NCBI GenBank assembly: GCA_005776585.1
Contig: SXOX01000103.1
Location: 137,410-201,409 of the forward strand
DNA from: Pseudomonadota bacterium
GTDB lineage: Bacteria > Myxococcota_A > UBA9042 > GCA-2863065
Length of the DNA stretch: 64,000 nucleotides
Direction of reading: 5' to 3'
Part shown: one piece after another, positions 60,117-64,000 of the stretch
Position numbering within the stretch: position 1 is the first letter of the stretch
Layout of the letters: every line of letters starts with the position of its first letter
Position numbers and translations under genes: made by a program
The notes under the pieces: model-generated
Database searches by the model: none
What the model was told of the DNA's origin: nothing
Seen by the model: only the letters and a program-made list of their open reading frames with translations

Positions 60117-61918
60117 TGCGCGCCGTACGCTCCACGTTGACGTTCGCGCTCATCTCGATGAGCGGCCTCGTCTTTAGCTGCGCCGAGGAGCTCCCGTCCG
60201 GCTACGGTACGCTGCAGCTCGCCCTCGCGTCGTGCCCCAGCACCTCCGGCCTCGCGCTCGACGGCTACGGCGCCTGCGGCTTCCGACTTACGGTCTATGG
60301 CGGTACCTGGCGCGACTCGGCACCCGAGACGGTCTACGCCTCCGACTGCATCGAGTACCGCGGTGATCAGGTCGCTATCCGCAAGTTCCCCACGGGCGAC
60401 TCGATGACGCTGTACCTTGAGATGTACTCGGACAAGGAGTGCACGAAGCCGCGCCTGGTTGGCCTGCGCGGCGGCGTCACGGTTCCCGAAGGCGATGCGA
60501 GCCCCGGCGTGTGGTACGTTCCCACGTTCGAGGTCGGCGGCTTCAAGGCGCTGCCTACGTACACCGACGACGCGCGTGCCAACGCGACCAAGACCACGTG
60601 CGCGACCGACGCGGACTGCTGGAAGCGGGACGCCAAGTCGGGCAACTTCCTCATTAGCCCGGCCGCGCTGTGCAACACCAAGTCCAAGCAGTGCGAGCTT
60701 CCGGCCTCGCTCTTTCCGCTCAACTCCGGCACGCCGCGCGCATTTCACAGTGCTGTCTCCATCGGCGAGGGGCGCATCGCCCTCGTCGGCGGCCTGTCGC
60801 GCGAGGTCAACGACTCCTATCTCGCCACGGACGACACCATCGAGGTCTTCGACCCGGCGACGATGCTCTGGGCCCGTCCCGTCGTGACCGGTTTCTCTCA
60901 GCAACGCTTCGCCTTCAGCGGCGCGGTCGGCTTGGGTGGCAACCGCGTCGGCGTCTTCGGCGGCGCGCGCCAGATGAGCGTGTCGCTCGGGGACGGCGCC
61001 GGCGGCACCAGCACGACGGCCTACTTCAAGCTCCCGGCGACTCCTGCGACCGGCACTGACGTCGTCTCGGATCTGGCCTTCGTCGTCGATCTCGGCACCG
61101 CGACGGCGACCACAACCAAGCTTTCCAGCGCACGGTTTCGGCCCCACGCCGCGCGCGTCGATGCGGGTGGCTCGCGCGTCCTCGTGGCCGGCGGAGCCAT
61201 CGCGAGCGGAACCGGTACCGCGCCGGTGGAGTCGGTCGATCTGTGTGACGTCTCCGTCAGCCCGCCCAAGTGCGCCTCGGCGCCAGACGTCCTCAAAGCC
61301 GGTCGATCCGGGCACTGCGGGCTGTGTCTGGACGCCGCTGGCGGAAGCGGCGACTGCAAGCGGCTCCTGCTCTTTGGCGGCACGGCCGCGGACAAGGGCG
61401 ACAGCACCATCGGCGAGCTCTATGAGGCCGGCAAGTTCACGGCGATCCCATGGAAGCCAGGTGCCAGCCTCGGCGCCATCGGCAACCCCATGTGCGCCGC
61501 CTCGGGCGCGCAGACCTATCTGTTGGGCGGCGCGTCGGCGTCGACAGCGCCCGCAGACATTACGCCCAAGGCGTTCACGTTGCCCGTCGGCAAGCTCGAG
61601 GTCGTCGCGGCCGACCTCACCAATACGGCCAAGGTCGCCGCGCTCGCTCGGGTCCACGGGGCAACGACCGTCTTGAGCGACGGCCGCGTCCTCGTAACCG
61701 GCGGTGTCGACGCGGGTGGCAAGCCCACAGCGTCGGCATACCTCGTCAAGGGTGGCGATCTCACGGAGCAGAAGGCCCTCCAGGTCGCCCGCTTTGGCCA
61801 TACGGCCACCCTGATCACGACCGGTCGCCTCAAGGGCGCCGTGCTCGTTGCAGGTGGCTTCACGCTCAAGGGCGGAAAGCTCGCGCTCACTGACGGCGCC
61901 GAGATCTACGTGCCCTGA
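60116..61918 (+). CDS. Kelch-repeat lipoprotein
   Basis: The ATG shares one base with the preceding stop (TGATG). The lipobox is GLVFSC. There are repeated Kelch-like blades (R..HSAVSIGEGRIALVGG, ARFGHTATLI..G..AVLVAGG, HGATTVLSDGRVLVTGG). Confidence 0.75.
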   Translation: MRAVRSTLTFALISMSGLVFSCAEELPSGYGTLQLALASCPSTSGLALDGYGACGFRLTVYGGTWRDSAPETVYASDCIEYRGDQVAIRKFPTGDSMTLYLEMYSDKECTKPRLVGLRGGVTVPEGDASPGVWYVPTFEVGGFKALPTYTDDARANATKTTCATDADCWKRDAKSGNFLISPAALCNTKSKQCELPASLFPLNSGTPRAFHSAVSIGEGRIALVGGLSREVNDSYLATDDTIEVFDPATMLWARPVVTGFSQQRFAFSGAVGLGGNRVGVFGGARQMSVSLGDGAGGTSTTAYFKLPATPATGTDVVSDLAFVVDLGTATATTTKLSSARFRPHAARVDAGGSRVLVAGGAIASGTGTAPVESVDLCDVSVSPPKCASAPDVLKAGRSGHCGLCLDAAGGSGDCKRLLLFGGTAADKGDSTIGELYEAGKFTAIPWKPGASLGAIGNPMCAASGAQTYLLGGASASTAPADITPKAFTLPVGKLEVVAADLTNTAKVAALARVHGATTVLSDGRVLVTGGVDAGGKPTASAYLVKGGDLTEQKALQVARFGHTATLITTGRLKGAVLVAGGFTLKGGKLALTDGAEIYVP

Positions 61919-61923
61919 GCACG

Positions 61924-64000
61924 TTGGCACCGGAGCCCTCGACCGCTACCACTCGGCGCGTCGGGCTCGGGCTGTCGGGTCTCGTTTTTGGTCTCTATCT
62001 CCTGGCGCTGTGCCCCAACATCTACTTCCGCGACGCCGGGGAGCTCACGGCCTCCGCGTTCGGCCTCGGAGTCGCACACCCGACCGGGTTTCCGGCCTAT
62101 CTCCTGCTGGGTCGGCTCGCGTGCTTCATTCCACTGGGGAACATTGGCTTCCGGTTGAACGTGCTGTCGGCGCTTTGCGCCGCAGCGGCGTTGTACGTTG
62201 TGTACAGTATCTTGGTCCGCCTCGCCCCGCGTCGCTCGCCTGCGGTCCTCGGCGCCGCCGCTGGCTCCGCCCTCGTCCTGGCGCTCGGCGACACCCTGGT
62301 GCTGCACGCGACGACCGCCGAGGTCTACCTTCCCAACCTCCTGCTCGTGCTGCTGCTCGTCCATCGACTCTTGGTCGCGCTCGAGGCCGGTGACCGGCGC
62401 CCCTTGCGCGTCGCGGCGGTCCTGACCGGACTCGCGGCCGGCTTTCACGCCTCGACGGCGCTCGTCGCTGCGATGGGCTGGTCGCTCATCGCCTTTCGCT
62501 GGCGCGGGCCGCGTCGCGTGGTCGAGCTCGGCCTCCTCGGCGCCACCGGCGCGTCGGTCCTCGCCTACCTTCCCATTCGGGCCTTCACGGATCCGTGGCG
62601 GCTGTGGGGCGACCCGACCTCGCTCGATGGGCTCATCGCCCACGTCACGGGCCGGTCCATTCGGAGTAGCTTCGCGGGCGACATGGGTTCAGGCGGCCGA
62701 CTCGACGTCCACCTCGAGACCGCGCTGACCCAGCTCGGCGGCCAGGTGAGCTGGCTCGCGCTCGTCGCCATCATCGGCGTCCCACTGCTCCGAAAAAACG
62801 GTGCCCTCATCCTCGTCACGGGGCTCTTCGTGGCGGACCTGGCCTTCACCACGCTGCTCAACCCGATGGGGATGGACGACCGACAAACCGGTGTCATCGC
62901 GACCGCCGCCTCGGTGCTCGCCGCGGGTCAGGCCTTCGTGGCCCTGGGCCCCGTGCTCTCTCGCGAGCTTCGCCTGACGGCGGCACCCATCGCCTTTGCT
63001 TTCCCCGTGTTGCTCGCCTCTCCCGCGATGCTCGACGGCATGCTCAACGGTGAGCACCGCCGGCTCCAGCATGCGGTCGATCTCGGCGACCAGGTCCTCG
63101 ACCGCGCGCGCCCGGCCGCGTTGGTGCTCGTGTCGAGCGACGACCTGGCCTCCGCTGCGACGTACCTGCAAGGCGTCGAGGACGCGCGGCCCGACGTGGC
63201 AGTCGTCGTCAAGCAGCACCTGGGCGACCCGATCGGCCTTGCCCACACGGAGCGCCACGTCATCCGATTCGGCTCGACCTTGCACACGGCTGTCGCGGCC
63301 CGCGCCCCGCCAGGAGAGCTGCTCCAGGCACTGCTCGTCGATGTCGCGTCTCAGCGGCCGATCGACTACGAGCTCGGAGACCACGTGCAAGACGAGCGCG
63401 TGCGGGCCGAGTTTCAGGGCGACCTCCCCGTCGGTCACCTCGGTGGCCCGCCACATCCGGATTGGGTCGACATGCTCGTGACGTCTCGCTTCCGGTGGGC
63501 GGTCCTCGCCAATGGTCCGCTGCCGCGGGCGGCGGCCGAGGCGCTCGCGGTGCGGCACTCGCTGCTCGGGGCACACGAGGCGCGCATCGGGCACCTCAAG
63601 CGCGCGCTGTTCCTGGCGGGAGAGGCCTATCTCTTGCGTCGGGAGAACGCGCAGGTCGCGGCGAACTACGCGCTCGTGCTCGAGACGCGAGGTGAGATCG
63701 ATCTGGCGGAGAATCGCCTCGAGCAGGTCGTTCGGCTGCGACCCGCCTACGCGCTTGGGTGGTTCAACCTCGGCGTGTTGAAGTTCAAGAAGGACGACCG
63801 ACCGGCCACGGCCGAGGCCTTCACCGAGGCCGCTCGCCTGGGCGCGGGTCCGCGTCGCGCGGTCCGCATGGGTCTGTACCTTGGCATGCTCGAGGCGCGC
63901 CACGGCGATCCGGCGCTTGCGGCGCTGCTGCTCGCCAGGGTCCGCCCTTGGCTGGAAGGTGTGGCCGCGGTCGAAGCTGACGCGGCGCTCGGAACGCTCG
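61924..64000 (+). CDS. DUF2723-type polytopic membrane protein (putative GT-C glycosyltransferase) with C-terminal TPR region; 3' end beyond the window
   Basis: Not in the supplied ORF track because there is no stop in the window. I translated frame 1 from TTG 61924 to 64000 by hand and found no stop. The sequence reads LYLLALCPNIYFRDAGELTASAFGLGVAHPTGFPAYLLLGRL (DUF2723-like), has multiple TM helices, and ends with a TPR-like tail (ANYALVLETRGEIDLAENRLEQVVRLRPAYALGWFNLG). Confidence 0.75.
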   Translation, partial: MAPEPSTATTRRVGLGLSGLVFGLYLLALCPNIYFRDAGELTASAFGLGVAHPTGFPAYLLLGRLACFIPLGNIGFRLNVLSALCAAAALYVVYSILVRLAPRRSPAVLGAAAGSALVLALGDTLVLHATTAEVYLPNLLLVLLLVHRLLVALEAGDRRPLRVAAVLTGLAAGFHASTALVAAMGWSLIAFRWRGPRRVVELGLLGATGASVLAYLPIRAFTDPWRLWGDPTSLDGLIAHVTGRSIRSSFAGDMGSGGRLDVHLETALTQLGGQVSWLALVAIIGVPLLRKNGALILVTGLFVADLAFTTLLNPMGMDDRQTGVIATAASVLAAGQAFVALGPVLSRELRLTAAPIAFAFPVLLASPAMLDGMLNGEHRRLQHAVDLGDQVLDRARPAALVLVSSDDLASAATYLQGVEDARPDVAVVVKQHLGDPIGLAHTERHVIRFGSTLHTAVAARAPPGELLQALLVDVASQRPIDYELGDHVQDERVRAEFQGDLPVGHLGGPPHPDWVDMLVTSRFRWAVLANGPLPRAAAEALAVRHSLLGAHEARIGHLKRALFLAGEAYLLRRENAQVAANYALVLETRGEIDLAENRLEQVVRLRPAYALGWFNLGVLKFKKDDRPATAEAFTEAARLGAGPRRAVRMGLYLGMLEARHGDPALAALLLARVRPWLEGVAAVEADAALGTL

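Noticed and set aside
61848-62393. 181-aa plus-strand ORF after the Kelch gene, and minus-strand ORFs 61906..62643 and 62689..63903
   Set aside because: Frame 1 (61924 onward) gives a hydrophobic DUF2723-like membrane protein with no stop to the window end. The listed ORFs are Arg/Pro-rich shadows.
1-64000. tRNA, rRNA, transposase or integrase genes
   Set aside because: Scanning by eye, I saw no T-loop-like GGTTCGAATCC-type elements, no rRNA-like low-bias stretches, and no DDE or tyrosine-recombinase-like ORFs. Covariance models were not run, so absence is not proven.

Overview
The window is very GC-rich (about 70% by eye, not computed) with a strong G/C third-position bias. A MYXO-CTERM-like sorting tail, Myxococcus-type cysteine-rich repeats and many MopE-like CDGxDNDCDG motifs point to a myxobacterium, probably Polyangia-like. 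I found no rRNA, tRNA, CRISPR array, transposase or integrase.

Gene content from left to right:
- A 5'-partial Cys-rich secreted protein.
- A minus-strand operon: B12-radical-SAM, LPG-synthase-TM-like membrane protein, dprA, trmFO.
- A small islet of lower GC3 encoding a Septu-like PtuA ATPase and PtuB HNH nuclease pair. Its stop codon directly abuts a GT-C-like membrane protein.
- A 3 x 43-bp palindromic tandem repeat.
- A phosphodiester-glycosidase gene that seems to need a +1G correction in a homopolymer, then murI, a DASS transporter and an epimerase.
- A type IV pilus cluster, pilM-N-O-P-Q, running on into aroK, aroB, a lipoprotein, aroQ, a TPR protein and a PilZ protein.
- A ~2340-aa integrin-like adhesin (FG-GAP propeller, LamG x2, VWA, 14 MopE-like motifs).
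- An OMP beta-barrel followed by four consecutive lipoproteins: one IgGFc-binding-like, one IPT/TIG plus propeller, and two 14-blade propellers.
- A MYXO-CTERM Cys-repeat protein, a rhodanese-MoeB fusion, a degenerate HisC-like ORF, a lipoprotein plus PilZ pair, mnmE, csp and an alpha/beta hydrolase.
- Two paralogous zinc-ribbon/GYF membrane proteins, a PEGA protein and a Kelch lipoprotein.
- A DUF2723-like membrane protein that runs off the right edge and is absent from the ORF track.

The most unusual items are:
- pilQ is about 2173 aa because roughly 1400 aa of uninterrupted coiled coil sit between two AMIN domains.
- The OMP and lipoprotein beta-propeller module at 37.3-49.6 kb is uncharacterised.
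- The Septu-like islet carries a coupled 26-codon upstream ORF.

Most other long ORFs in the track are antisense shadows typical of high-GC DNA.
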